In this document: positions 51,257 to 60,787 of the stretch, in pieces
Layout of the letters: each line of letters opens with the position of its first letter
Position numbering within the stretch: position 1 is the first letter of the stretch
Source: Alphaproteobacteria bacterium
GTDB taxonomy: Bacteria > Pseudomonadota > Alphaproteobacteria > UBA828
Direction: 5' to 3'
DNA length: 64,000 nucleotides
Assembly: GCA_965221125.1 (NCBI GenBank)
Contig: CBDCRW010000005.1
Coordinates: 512,001 to 576,000 of the forward strand
The notes under the pieces: model-generated
Databases searched by the model: none
What the model saw: only the letters and a program-made list of their open reading frames with translations
Told to the model about the DNA's origin: nothing
Translations under genes and position numbers: made by a program

Positions 51257-53368
51257 CTAGCCCTCGATCTTGGAGAAGTCGGCGACCATATCCAGCGTCA
51301 CTCGGATGCGGGACAGCATTAGCAGGCGGTTGCGGCGCACCGCGGGGTCCTCGCAGTTGACAGTGACGTTGTCGAAGAAGGCATCTACGGGCTCTCGCAG
51401 CGTCGCCAAGAGCGCCATCGCTTTTTCGAAATCACCCCGTATGAATGCGTCATGTGCACGGGGGAGGGTCCTGTTAATTTGGATGTAAAGCGCGTGCTCT
51501 TCCGCTTCAGCGAAGAGTGATCGGTCCGAGAAACCGTCATAGCGCTCGGCGTCCTTCTTCTCCTCAATACGGAGGATGTTGGCGGCGCGGCGATAGGCGG
51601 TGAGCAGGTTGGCGCCGTCCTCACCGTCAAGGAAGCGAACGAGCGCATCGACCCGAGCTATCACACGCACCAGATCATTCTCTTCGCCCGCCCGATAGAC
51701 CGCGCTAATCAGATCGTGACGGTAGCCCTGCTCGCGCAAGTGCACCTTGACCCGGTCGGCAAAGAAAACAAGCAGCGCATAGCGAGTGTCTGCCTCGCCG
51801 GATTCCTTTGGCAGCAACACACCGTAGCCAGCCAGCGCATTGCCCAGTACATTCTTGAGGGATAGGCGCAAATCATTCTCGATGATGAGGCGGATCACCC
51901 CGAGGGCAGCGCGGCGTAGCGCGAAGGGGTCCTTGGAGCCGGTGGGCCGCTCGTCGATGGCGAAGAAGCCGGCTAGCGTATCCAGTTTGTCCGCGAGCGC
52001 CACGGCGACGCTGACCGGCTCGGTCGGGCAGGGATCACTCGGCCCCGCGGGGGAATAGTGATCGCGAATTGCGTCGCTTACCGCAGGCCCCTCACCACCA
52101 TACAGCGCATAGTAACGTCCCATGACGCCCTGGAGGTCCGGGAACTCGCCCACCATCTCGGTCACGAGATCAGCCTTACAGAGAAGGCCGGCGCGCGCCG
52201 CGTCGTCCGGTCTGGCTTCGCCCGCCCACTCCGGGTTCGCGTCCTGAATGACAATGAAGAGACTGTGCGCCAGCTTCTCGATGCGTTTGGCCTTCTGAGC
52301 CATAGAGCCGAGCCGAGTATGGAATACGACACCCTCAAGCTGCGGCACACGGTCGGCCAGCCTTGGTCTCTTGCCATGCTCCCAATAGAAGCGCGCATCG
52401 GCGAGGCGAGCCCGCAATACCCGCTCATTGCCGGCGATGACGGCGATTGCGCCTTCGGCCATCTCGGCATTTGCGACCATGACGAAGCGGGGTGCCAGCT
52501 TGATAATGTCGTCTGTGCTGAGCAGACCGAAATAACGCTGGTGGGTACGCATGGCGGAGCGCAGCACCTCTTGTGGCAAGTCCATAAAGCGCTCGTCGAT
52601 GGACCCCATCAGCACCACCGGCCACTCTACCAGTCCGGCGTTTTCCGTTACGAGCCAGTCGTCCGTCGCCAGCGTGAGCCCTGCGCCCTTCGCTAAAGCC
52701 CCGGCTTTGACTTTGATTTCTTGAGCCCGTTGCTCCGGGTCGAGCATGACCTTGGCGTCTTTGAGGGTCGTCGCGTAGTCGTTCACGTGTTCGATGGTGA
52801 GCGGGCCGGTAGAGAGGAAGCGGTGGCCGAGGGTGGCGCGGCCGCTCTCGATCGTGCCGAAGCGGAAGGGCACCACCGCATCGCCCAGCAGGCAGAGGAT
52901 GGAGCGGATCGGGCGTACCCAGCGCACGCCGCTCTCGTCCCAGCGCATGGACTTGGGCCAGGAGACGGCGGCCAGCGCCTCGGGCAGCAGATCGGCGAAC
53001 AGGTCGCTGGTGGGGCGGCCTTTCTCCTTTTTGACCGCGAACCAGACCGGGCCCTTGGGCGTCTCCCGCTGCTCGCAGTCGTCCAGCGTAAGGCCGGTGG
53101 ACTTGAGGAAGCCCTGAATCGCCTTCTCGGGCGCATCGACGCGGGGTCCCTTGCGCTCCACCGTGATGTCGGGTTGCCCCGTCGGCAGGCCGGGCACGAT
53201 CAGTGCGAGCCGGCGCGGCGTCGCGTAGGACTTCACCTCCGCGGCGTCGAACGCGAGCCGGGCCTCCTCCATCCGAGAGCAAACCTGCTTCTCAAGCTCC
53301 CGCGCCCCGCCCGCCTGCATCCGCGCCGGGATTTCCTCCGAAAGGACTTCGAGCAGCAGGTCGGGCAT
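51257..53368 (-). CDS. glyS: Glycine--tRNA ligase beta subunit
   Basis: LLEVLSEEIPARMQ, TPRRL, WPKSMRW, GNERVLRARLADA, EFPDLQG, TGSKDPFALRR, RRNRL. Confidence 0.97.
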   Translation of the reverse strand: MPDLLLEVLSEEIPARMQAGGARELEKQVCSRMEEARLAFDAAEVKSYATPRRLALIVPGLPTGQPDITVERKGPRVDAPEKAIQGFLKSTGLTLDDCEQRETPKGPVWFAVKKEKGRPTSDLFADLLPEALAAVSWPKSMRWDESGVRWVRPIRSILCLLGDAVVPFRFGTIESGRATLGHRFLSTGPLTIEHVNDYATTLKDAKVMLDPEQRAQEIKVKAGALAKGAGLTLATDDWLVTENAGLVEWPVVLMGSIDERFMDLPQEVLRSAMRTHQRYFGLLSTDDIIKLAPRFVMVANAEMAEGAIAVIAGNERVLRARLADARFYWEHGKRPRLADRVPQLEGVVFHTRLGSMAQKAKRIEKLAHSLFIVIQDANPEWAGEARPDDAARAGLLCKADLVTEMVGEFPDLQGVMGRYYALYGGEGPAVSDAIRDHYSPAGPSDPCPTEPVSVAVALADKLDTLAGFFAIDERPTGSKDPFALRRAALGVIRLIIENDLRLSLKNVLGNALAGYGVLLPKESGEADTRYALLVFFADRVKVHLREQGYRHDLISAVYRAGEENDLVRVIARVDALVRFLDGEDGANLLTAYRRAANILRIEEKKDAERYDGFSDRSLFAEAEEHALYIQINRTLPRAHDAFIRGDFEKAMALLATLREPVDAFFDNVTVNCEDPAVRRNRLLMLSRIRVTLDMVADFSKIEG

Positions 53369-53371
53369 GGC

Positions 53372-54244
53372 CTACTCCGACCCCGCCAGCCATGCCTCGC
53401 AGCAGGCCTTGGCCAGCGCGCGCACGCGGCCGATGTAGGCCGCGCGCTCGACCACGCTGATCGCGCCCCGCGCATCCAGCAGGTTGAAGAGGTGGCTCGC
53501 CTTCATGCACTGGTCGTAGGCCGGCAGCGGCAGCGGCTTAGCGCACGCCAGCAGCGCCGCGCACTCGGCTTCCGCATCGTCGAAGTGGCGGCGCAGGCGG
53601 TCCACGTCCGCGTGCTCGAAGTTGAAGGCCGAGAACTCGCGCTCGGCGCGCAGGAACACGTCGCCGTAGACCGTGCCGTGGCCGTCCCAGTCGAGGTCGT
53701 AGACGTTGTCCACGCCTTGCACGTACATGGCGAGCCGCTCCATGCCGTAGGTGAGCTCGACCGGGACCGGGTCGCAGTCGATGCCGCCCACCTGCTGGAA
53801 GTAGGTGAACTGGGTCACCTCCATGCCGTCGCACCAGACCTCCCAGCCGAGCCCCCAGGCGCCAAGCGTCGGGCTCTCCCAGTCGTCCTCGACGAAGCGG
53901 ATGTCGTGGGCGCGAACGTCGATGCCGAGCGCGCCCAGGCTGCCCAGATACTGGTCCTGCACGTCGTCGGGCGACGGCTTCAGGATCACCTGGAACTGGT
54001 AGTAGTGCTGCAGCCGGTTGGGGTTCTCGCCGTAGCGCCCGTCGCCGGGCCGGCGCGAGGGCTGCACGTAGGCCGCGCGCCAAGGTTCTGGGCCCAGGCT
54101 GCGGAGCGTCGTAGCAGGGTGGAAGGTGCCGGCGCCCACCTCCATGTCGTAGGGCTGCAGGATGACGCAGCCGCGCCTGGCCCAATAGTCCTGCAGCCCG
54201 AGGATGAGCGACTGGAACGACCGGTCGCGGCTATTGGCGTCCAT
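53372..54244 (-). CDS. glyQ: Glycine--tRNA ligase alpha subunit
   Basis: [52 protein letters not shown]. Confidence 0.98.
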   Translation of the reverse strand: MDANSRDRSFQSLILGLQDYWARRGCVILQPYDMEVGAGTFHPATTLRSLGPEPWRAAYVQPSRRPGDGRYGENPNRLQHYYQFQVILKPSPDDVQDQYLGSLGALGIDVRAHDIRFVEDDWESPTLGAWGLGWEVWCDGMEVTQFTYFQQVGGIDCDPVPVELTYGMERLAMYVQGVDNVYDLDWDGHGTVYGDVFLRAEREFSAFNFEHADVDRLRRHFDDAEAECAALLACAKPLPLPAYDQCMKASHLFNLLDARGAISVVERAAYIGRVRALAKACCEAWLAGSE

Positions 54245-54344
54245 CGAAGGTCAGCGATTCGGATGAATGGGCGGGCGGACAATGCCCCCCGCCAGGGCAG
54301 CGGTCAACCGCGCGGATGCCGCCCGGCTGCCGCAGGCGCGCGCG

Positions 54345-54494
54345 TCAGCGGTTGTCGTCGATGTTCTGGTGCTCCTCGTGCTCGAGCGGCTCCGCGGCCT
54401 TGGCCTTGGCGCGCACCCGGCCGATTGCCTTGAAGCCGAACCAGACGGCCGCAATCAGCACCACGAGGATAAGCAGCTTCATCGGACTGAACAT
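54345..54494 (-). CDS. Small membrane-anchored protein (49 aa)
   Basis: Manual translation MFSPMKLLILVVLIAAVWFGFKAIGRVRAKAKAAEPLEHEEHQNIDDNR*. GGGAG RBS upstream and GC3-rich codons. Confidence 0.7.
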   Translation of the reverse strand: MFSPMKLLILVVLIAAVWFGFKAIGRVRAKAKAAEPLEHEEHQNIDDNR

Positions 54495-54649
54495 GTCTCA
54501 CGCTCCCATCGCACGGCAGGCCGCGCGGCGACAGCCGCAGGCGCGCCGTTACCTTTGCCGTAACTCTGAAGCCCGCGGGCGGACGGGTCAAGCATTGTCT
54601 CGACGGCACTGTCTCGGGATTGTGAACCGGGGCGGGATTGACGCTGTAG

Positions 54650-55375
54650 ATGCCAACGGCCATCGTCCGCCCCGTGCCGCGACTCCTCAGCATCGTGATC
54701 CCGACCCTCGACGCCGCCGGCGTTCTCGGCGCGACGCTCGCCGGCTTGCGCGGCGGCATCGCGGGCCTCGAAGAGCGCGGAATCGGCGTGGACGTCGTGG
54801 TTGCCGACGGCGGCTCAGAGGACGGCACAGCGGACGAAGCCCGCAGGCACGGGGCGCGGGTGGTGGCGGCAGAGGCCGGGCGCGGCCGCCAGCTCGCGGC
54901 CGGCGCGGCAGCGGCCGAGGGGGCGTGGCTGCTCTTCCTCCATGCCGATACGCGCCCGGCACCGGGCTGGCACGAGGACGTGAGCGCGTTCATCGACCAG
55001 CCCGCCAACCAGGGCCGCGCCGCCTGCTTCCGCTTCGCCCTCGACGACCGGGCCGCCGCCGCGCGCCTGCTGGAGCGGCTGGTGGCGCTGCGGTGCCTGC
55101 TCTTCGCGCTCCCCTACGGCGACCAGGGGCTCCTGATCCACCGCAGCCTCTACGAAGCGCTCGGCGGCTTTCGCCCGCTGCCGATGATGGAGGACGTGGA
55201 TCTCGTGCGCCGGCTCGGCCGCCGCCGCCTCGCCTACCTGAGAACCCCGGCGGTCACGTCCGCCGTGCGCTTTCGCCGCTCGGGCTACGCGCCCCGCATG
55301 GCGCGCAACCTCTGCTGCCTGCTACTCTTCTCCATGGGCGTGCGGGCCGAAACCGTGGCCAGGCTCTACGGATGA
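54650..55375 (+). CDS. Family 2 glycosyltransferase (TIGR04283-like)
   Basis: LSIVIPTL, VADGGSEDGT, GRGRQL, LLFLHADT, PYGDQGL, MEDV. Confidence 0.88.
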   Translation: MPTAIVRPVPRLLSIVIPTLDAAGVLGATLAGLRGGIAGLEERGIGVDVVVADGGSEDGTADEARRHGARVVAAEAGRGRQLAAGAAAAEGAWLLFLHADTRPAPGWHEDVSAFIDQPANQGRAACFRFALDDRAAAARLLERLVALRCLLFALPYGDQGLLIHRSLYEALGGFRPLPMMEDVDLVRRLGRRRLAYLRTPAVTSAVRFRRSGYAPRMARNLCCLLLFSMGVRAETVARLYG

Positions 55376-56142
55376 AACCGGGCGGACGCCACCTCGCGAT
55401 CTTCCTCAAGGAGCCGCGCCTCGGCCGGGCCAAGGGGCGCCTCGCCCGCGATGTCGGGCACGGCGAGGCCTGGCTCTTCTACCGACGGCTGGTGCGCCGC
55501 GTGCTGCCTCCCCTCGCGCGCGACGCGCGGTGGGCGACGTGGCTCGCGACGACGCCGGACGGCTGGCGCGGGCGGGAGCCCTTCTGGCCCTTCGCGCTGC
55601 CGTGCCTGCCGCAGGGCCCGGGCGATGTCGGCCAGCGCATGCTGCGGGTCTTCCGCAGCCTGCCGCCGGGGCCCGCGATCATCGTCGGCAGCGATATCCC
55701 GGACCTCACGCCTTCCCATGTGGCGCGCGGATTCGAGGCGCTCGGGCGCGCGGACATGGTGCTGGGGCCGGCAGACGACGGCGGCTATTGGCTGATCGGC
55801 CTCGCGCAGCGGGCGCGGGCGATCGACCCCTTCGCCGGCGTGCGCTGGTCGAGCCGGTGGGCGCTCGCCGATACCGAGCGCGCGCTGCCGGCGGGGTTCA
55901 GGCTCGCGCTGGTCGACCGCCTCGCCGATGTGGACGACGGGCTCGCCTACCTGCGCTGGCGGGCTCAGGTGAGCGTGGACATCGGACCGCGCCCTCGGGC
56001 GAGCGACTCTTCGAGCAAGCGCGCTCAGGAGAGCGACTCTTCAAGTATGCGCGCTCAGGCGAGCGCGACGCACTCGATCTCGATGTCGAACTCCATCGGC
56101 CAGGACGCCATGGCGACGAAGGTCCTGGCCGGCGGCTCGTGA
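55372..56142 (+). CDS. DUF2064/TIGR04282-like glycosyltransferase
   Basis: FLKEPRLGRAKGRL, QGPGDVGQRM, VGSDIP, LGPADDGGYWLIG, LADVD. The C-terminus is extended through a repeat and overlaps the RidA gene. Confidence 0.85.
   Translation: MKPGGRHLAIFLKEPRLGRAKGRLARDVGHGEAWLFYRRLVRRVLPPLARDARWATWLATTPDGWRGREPFWPFALPCLPQGPGDVGQRMLRVFRSLPPGPAIIVGSDIPDLTPSHVARGFEALGRADMVLGPADDGGYWLIGLAQRARAIDPFAGVRWSSRWALADTERALPAGFRLALVDRLADVDDGLAYLRWRAQVSVDIGPRPRASDSSSKRAQESDSSSMRAQASATHSISMSNSIGQDAMATKVLAGGS
55959..56065. repeat. Four 17-bp hairpin cores at exact 30-bp period
   Basis: Cores at 55959 GCGGGCTCAGGTGAGCG, 55989 GCGCCCTCGGGCGAGCG, 56019 GCGCGCTCAGGAGAGCG, 56049 GCGCGCTCAGGCGAGCG, separated by 13-nt spacers. 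Confidence 0.75.
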
Positions 56143-56447
56143 GGGAAGTAGCGCCCGTAGATCTCGTTCACGATCCGATAGTAGGCGGCGTTGGTGACGA
56201 ACACCTGGCACTTCACCACGCGCTCCAGCGACGAGCCCGCGCTCTCCAGCGTGTGCTTCAGCACCTCCATCACCTGCCCGGTCTGCACGTCGATCCCGCC
56301 CTTCACCATTTGCCCGGAGTCGAGGTCGAGCGGCGGCAGGCCGGAGACGTAGAGGAAGCCGCCCGCGCGCACGCAGGGCGAAAGCGGCACGCCGATCTCG
56401 CGCAGCGCGTCCGAGAGCTTGGGGATCTCGACGATTTCCTTTTCCAC
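56055..56447 (-). CDS. RidA/YjgF family protein
   Basis: LYVSG, VVKCQVF, NEIYGRYF, PPART, IEIECVA. Confidence 0.9.
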   Translation of the reverse strand: MEKEIVEIPKLSDALREIGVPLSPCVRAGGFLYVSGLPPLDLDSGQMVKGGIDVQTGQVMEVLKHTLESAGSSLERVVKCQVFVTNAAYYRIVNEIYGRYFPHEPPARTFVAMASWPMEFDIEIECVALA

Positions 56448-56501
56448 CGTTCTTCTCCTTGTTCCGGGGCTCGGGCCGCGCCCTATATGGCGCGCGCGGC
56501 G

Positions 56502-57050
56502 TTAAGCAGCGCCCCTTCGTTCGGTCTCCTGCAGGCGGGGCATCAGCTCGACCAGGTTGCAGGGGCGCCAGCGATAGTCGAGCTGGTAGCGGAGGATCTT
56601 GTCCCAGCCGTCCTTGCAGGCGCCGGGCGAGCCGGGGAGCGCGAACAGGTAGGTGCCGCCCGCGACCCCGCCCGTGGTCCGCGATTGCAGGGTGGACGTG
56701 CCGATGAGGTCGTAGCTCAACTGGCGGAACAGCTCGCCGAACCCCGGAATCTCCTTCTCGTAGACGTCGTGGAAGGCCTCCGGCGTCACGTCGCGGCCTG
56801 TCACCCCGGTGCCGCCGGTGGCGATCACCGCGTCGATCTCCGGGTCTGCGATCCAGGCCTCGAGCGCGGCGACGATCTCCGCCCGCTCGTCGGGGATAAT
56901 GCGGCGGTCGGCGACGCGGTGGCCGGCCCCTTCGATGCGGTCGACCAGCACCTGGCCGGAGCGGTCCTCGGCGGGCCCGCGGCTGTCCGAGACCGTGAGC
57001 ACCGCGATGTTGACGGCGCGGAAGGGCCTCTTCTCGTCGATCCCGATCAT
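56502..57050 (-). CDS. moaB: Molybdenum cofactor biosynthesis protein B
   Basis: [46 protein letters not shown]. Confidence 0.94.
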   Translation of the reverse strand: MIGIDEKRPFRAVNIAVLTVSDSRGPAEDRSGQVLVDRIEGAGHRVADRRIIPDERAEIVAALEAWIADPEIDAVIATGGTGVTGRDVTPEAFHDVYEKEIPGFGELFRQLSYDLIGTSTLQSRTTGGVAGGTYLFALPGSPGACKDGWDKILRYQLDYRWRPCNLVELMPRLQETERRGAA

Positions 57051-57916
57051 GTCGCCGTCTCTCCGTTCTTCATCTTGTCCTCGATGGCGAGCAGGTCGCG
57101 CCAGACCTCGCGCTTCGCCGACGGCGTGCGCAGCAGGTAGGCGGGATGGAAGGTCGCCGTGGCTTCGATCGTGCCCTCCAGGCGCGGCGTCGAGAAGGGG
57201 AACCACTGGCCGCGCAGGCGGGTGATGCCCTCGCGCCGGCCGAGCAGCGCCTTCGCCGCGATGCCGCCCACCAGCACCAGGATGCGGGGCGCGATCAGCT
57301 CGATCTGGCGCTCGAGAAAGGGCTGGCAGATGGCAAGCTCCTCGGCGGTGGGCGAACGGTTGCCGGGCGGCCGCCAGGGCAGCATGTTGGTGATGTAGAC
57401 GGCCGAGCGGTCGAGGCCGATGGAGGCCAGCATCCGGTCCAGGAGCCGCCCTGCCGGCCCCACGAAGGGGAGACCCTGGCGGTCCTCCTCGGCGCCCGGC
57501 GCCTCGCCCACGATCATCAGCCGGGCTGCGGGGTTGCCGTCGCCGATCACGGTGTTGGTCGCCGTGCGCTTGAGCGCGCAACCGTCGAAGGCGCGCACGG
57601 CCGCCACCAGCTGATCGAGGCTGGTGCAGGCGGCGGCGATCTCGTGCGCGCTCCAGGTGGCATCGCCCGGCGCGAGCAGCGGTGCGGGCGGGGGAGCAGG
57701 CTCTTGCGGGGCGGCGACGGCGGGCTGAGGCGTGCTAGGCGGCGCGGCGGCCTCCGGCACGGGCTCGCGGGCTACGGCCACAGGGGCGGTCGCTGCGGCA
57801 GCCGTCGCCGCTGCGGCTTCCCGGTAACGGTCGCGCGGCGCGTCGTCCATCGCTTGGTCGACGCCTGCCAGCACGTACCAGTCCAGCAATGCCCGCATCG
57901 CTCGATCGCCGCTCAT
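57047..57916 (-). CDS. Uracil-DNA glycosylase family 4
   Basis: [33 protein letters not shown]. Start uncertain. Confidence 0.92.
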   Translation of the reverse strand: MSGDRAMRALLDWYVLAGVDQAMDDAPRDRYREAAAATAAAATAPVAVAREPVPEAAAPPSTPQPAVAAPQEPAPPPAPLLAPGDATWSAHEIAAACTSLDQLVAAVRAFDGCALKRTATNTVIGDGNPAARLMIVGEAPGAEEDRQGLPFVGPAGRLLDRMLASIGLDRSAVYITNMLPWRPPGNRSPTAEELAICQPFLERQIELIAPRILVLVGGIAAKALLGRREGITRLRGQWFPFSTPRLEGTIEATATFHPAYLLRTPSAKREVWRDLLAIEDKMKNGETAT

Positions 57917-57980
57917 CGCCGGCACGATATCAGAGCCGGACCGCAAGCTCATCCGCCGGCGCGTCGCCGGTTGCTGGCGC

Positions 57981-58247
57981 CTACGGCTTCTTGTCCCCGC
58001 TGCGCGGCAGGTCGATGACCCGCCCGCCGTCCCGGCGCGGATCGAAGTCGTATCCCTTGCGCACCTCGACATTGCGCAGGATGACCTCCAGCGCGGTCGC
58101 GTCGAAGGGATCGACGTCGATCGGCTCGCGATACTTCGCCTTCAAGCTGTGCAGCATCTCGCGCTCGTTGGGCATGAGACTCTCCTCGACCGCGTCCGCC
58201 TGCTCGATCAGGCGCTGAAGCGCGACGAAGGCCGCCAGTTCGACCAT
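57981..58247 (-). CDS. Hypothetical protein (88 aa)
   Basis: [16 protein letters not shown]...; typical codon usage and GGGAGAG RBS. No recognised family. Confidence 0.65.
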   Translation of the reverse strand: MVELAAFVALQRLIEQADAVEESLMPNEREMLHSLKAKYREPIDVDPFDATALEVILRNVEVRKGYDFDPRRDGGRVIDLPRSGDKKP

Positions 58248-58386
58248 TCCGCTCTCCCGTCTCTCCGCGTTCCCCCTTCCAAGCGATCTTCTGCCGTTTG
58301 TCAAACGCGCAGGCGATTGCAACGTCAGTGCGCGCGGCTCAGGATGGAGCGAGGCGGCCATGCACATGCGGCAGGGGGAGAGACGA

Positions 58387-59397
58387 ATGAGCGACTACGA
58401 GATTTTCGACGCGGGCGACGTGGTGCTGCAGAAGGGCGCGACGCTGAGGGACGCGAAGCTCGCCTACAAGACCTACGGCACGCTGAACGCCAAGAAGGAC
58501 AACGTCATCATCCAGCCGACCTGGTACTCCGGCCATCACACCGACGTGGAATGGACCATCGGCGAGGACCAGGCCCTCGACCCCCGGCAGTACTTCATCA
58601 TCGTGCCGAACATGCTGGGCAACGGCCTCTCGTCATCGCCCAGCAACACGCCCGCGCCCTACGACAAGGCGCGCTTCCCCAACGTGACGGCCTGCGACAA
58701 CGTGCGCCTGCAGCATCGACTCGTTACCGAGGTCTTCGGGATCGAGCGCATCAAGCTCGTGACCGGCTGGTCCATGGGCGCGCTCCAGACCTTCCACTGG
58801 GGCTGCCTCTACCCCGACATGGTGGAGCGCATCGTGCCGACCTGCGGCTCCGCCAAGTGCTCGCGCCACAACTTCGTGTTCCTGGAAGGCGTGAAGGCGG
58901 CGCTCACGGCCGACGACGCGTGGCAGGGCGGCTGGTACGACGCGCCCCCTACCAAGGGGCTGCGCGCCATGGCCCGGGTCTACGCGGGCTGGGGCTTCTC
59001 GCAGACCTTCTACCGGGTGGACGAGGACTTGAAGCTGGGCTTCTCCTCGCTCGAGGATTTCCTGGTCGCGTTCTGGGAGGGGTTCTTCATCCACAAGGAC
59101 GCGAACAACCTGCTCGCCATGCTGTGGACCTGGCAGAACGGCGACATCGGCGACAACGAGCTCTACGGCGGCGACTTCAAGAAGGCGCTCGCCGGGATCA
59201 AGGCCAAGGCCATCGTGATGCCGGGGCGCACCGACCTCTACTTCCCGCCGGAGGACAGCGAGATCGAGGTCGCGAACATGCCCAACGCCGAGCTACGCGT
59301 GTTCGAATCCTACTACGGCCACTTCGCCTCGAGCTTCCTCAACCCGGCGGACGTGGCGTTCCAGAACGAGGCGATCAGGGAGATCCTGGCAAGCTGA
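58387..59397 (+). CDS. Homoserine acetyltransferase (MetX)-like alpha/beta hydrolase
   Basis: LAYKTYGTLN, GNGLSSSPSN, nucleophile motif GWSMGA, TDLYFPP, YGH. Confidence 0.88.
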   Translation: MSDYEIFDAGDVVLQKGATLRDAKLAYKTYGTLNAKKDNVIIQPTWYSGHHTDVEWTIGEDQALDPRQYFIIVPNMLGNGLSSSPSNTPAPYDKARFPNVTACDNVRLQHRLVTEVFGIERIKLVTGWSMGALQTFHWGCLYPDMVERIVPTCGSAKCSRHNFVFLEGVKAALTADDAWQGGWYDAPPTKGLRAMARVYAGWGFSQTFYRVDEDLKLGFSSLEDFLVAFWEGFFIHKDANNLLAMLWTWQNGDIGDNELYGGDFKKALAGIKAKAIVMPGRTDLYFPPEDSEIEVANMPNAELRVFESYYGHFASSFLNPADVAFQNEAIREILAS

Positions 59398-59478
59398 TGC
59401 ACTGAAGCGGGTGGTATCGGCCTTGCCGGCCTTGAGGGGCGGTATCGGGCGAAGCCCCTCGGAGAGGGGAATTCGTGA

Positions 59479-59790
59479 TCAGGCGGCGTCACGGGGGCCC
59501 GAGCGCCAGGTAACCGCCTCGCGCAAGCCGTCCAGCAAGCCTTCGAGCTTCGCCATGCGCTCCCGCAGCTCCGCCTGACCCTCGCGCAGCTCGACCTGGC
59601 CCTCGCGCAGCGCGGAGAGTTCGCTCTCCGGCTTTGTTCGCGGCTGAGCTTGCGGCATCTTGAGTGCCATGCGTAGATCAGCCATGGCGCCCCGAAGCTC
59701 GGTGCGCGCTAACTGAATTTCCCTACGCATCAAAGCAGTCAAGACGATCAGCAGGATCGCAAGGCCGACAAATCCACTGATCTTGATCAT
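59479..59790 (-). CDS. Small membrane-anchored coiled-coil protein
   Basis: N-terminal TM helix, heptads LREGQVE-LREGQAE-LRERMAK, then LEGLLDGLREA. Confidence 0.6.
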   Translation of the reverse strand: MIKISGFVGLAILLIVLTALMRREIQLARTELRGAMADLRMALKMPQAQPRTKPESELSALREGQVELREGQAELRERMAKLEGLLDGLREAVTWRSGPRDAA

Positions 59791-59929
59791 CGCGGCCCAC
59801 CATCACCCGCCCCGTAAGTGCGCGTCAACGACAAAGCCCCAGCTATAGCGCAAGGGGAATAGATCGGGACTTGAATGGATATATCGCGCGGGTGGCGCTC
59901 AGACGACGAAGCAGAGTCGCGGCCAAGCG

Positions 59930-60688
59930 CTAACCCCGCCCGATGAACGGCATCGTCGTCGCCATCACCGTCATGAACTGGACGTTCGCATCGAGCGGCA
60001 GGCGCGCCATGTAGACCACCGCTTGGGCGACGTTCTCCACCGCCATCGTCGCCTCGGAGGCGACCGAGCCGTCGGCCTGCGGCACCCCCTGGCTCATGCG
60101 CTGGGTCATCTCGGTCGCCGCGTTGCCGACGTCGATCTGGCCGCAGGCGATGTTGTACTTGCGCCCGTCGAGGGAGGTGGAGCGCGTGAGGCCGGTCACC
60201 GCGTGCTTGGTCGAGGTGTAGGGCGCGGAGTTGGGCCGCGGCACGTGCGCCGAGATCGAGCCGTTGTTGACGATACGCCCGCCCATGGGCTCCTGCGCCT
60301 TCATGATGCGGAAGGCCTCCTGGGTGCAGAGGAAGACGCCGGTGAGGTTGGTGTCGACCACCTGCTGCCACTTGTCGAAGCGAAGGTCCTCCAGCGGCAC
60401 GGCGGGCGCGCTGATGCCGGCGTTGTTGAGGAGCAGGTCGAGCCGGCCGAACACGCTCTTGGTCTCGGCGAAGAGCGCCGCGACCTCGTCCTGCTTGCCG
60501 ACGTTGCAGGGCACCGCAAGCGCGGTATCGGGGCCGGCACCGGCCTCGGCGATGGCGCTCTCCAGCGTCTCCCGCCGGCGGCCCGAGAAGACCACGGACC
60601 AGCCGTCCTCCAGCAGCGCGTGCGCTGCCGCCTTGCCGATCCCCTGCCCTGCGCCCGTGACGAGGGCGACCTTGCGCTCAGCATTCAT
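59930..60688 (-). CDS. Short-chain dehydrogenase/reductase
   Basis: [24 protein letters not shown]. Confidence 0.94.
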   Translation of the reverse strand: MNAERKVALVTGAGQGIGKAAAHALLEDGWSVVFSGRRRETLESAIAEAGAGPDTALAVPCNVGKQDEVAALFAETKSVFGRLDLLLNNAGISAPAVPLEDLRFDKWQQVVDTNLTGVFLCTQEAFRIMKAQEPMGGRIVNNGSISAHVPRPNSAPYTSTKHAVTGLTRSTSLDGRKYNIACGQIDVGNAATEMTQRMSQGVPQADGSVASEATMAVENVAQAVVYMARLPLDANVQFMTVMATTMPFIGRG

Positions 60689-60787
60689 GCGTGATGTCTC
60701 CGCGCGCCGGCCGCAGCAAAGGGCGGCGTGCGCCGTGTTCGTGAGGCGCCGCGTATAGCACGGCGCGGAACCATCGCGAAGTAGAGC

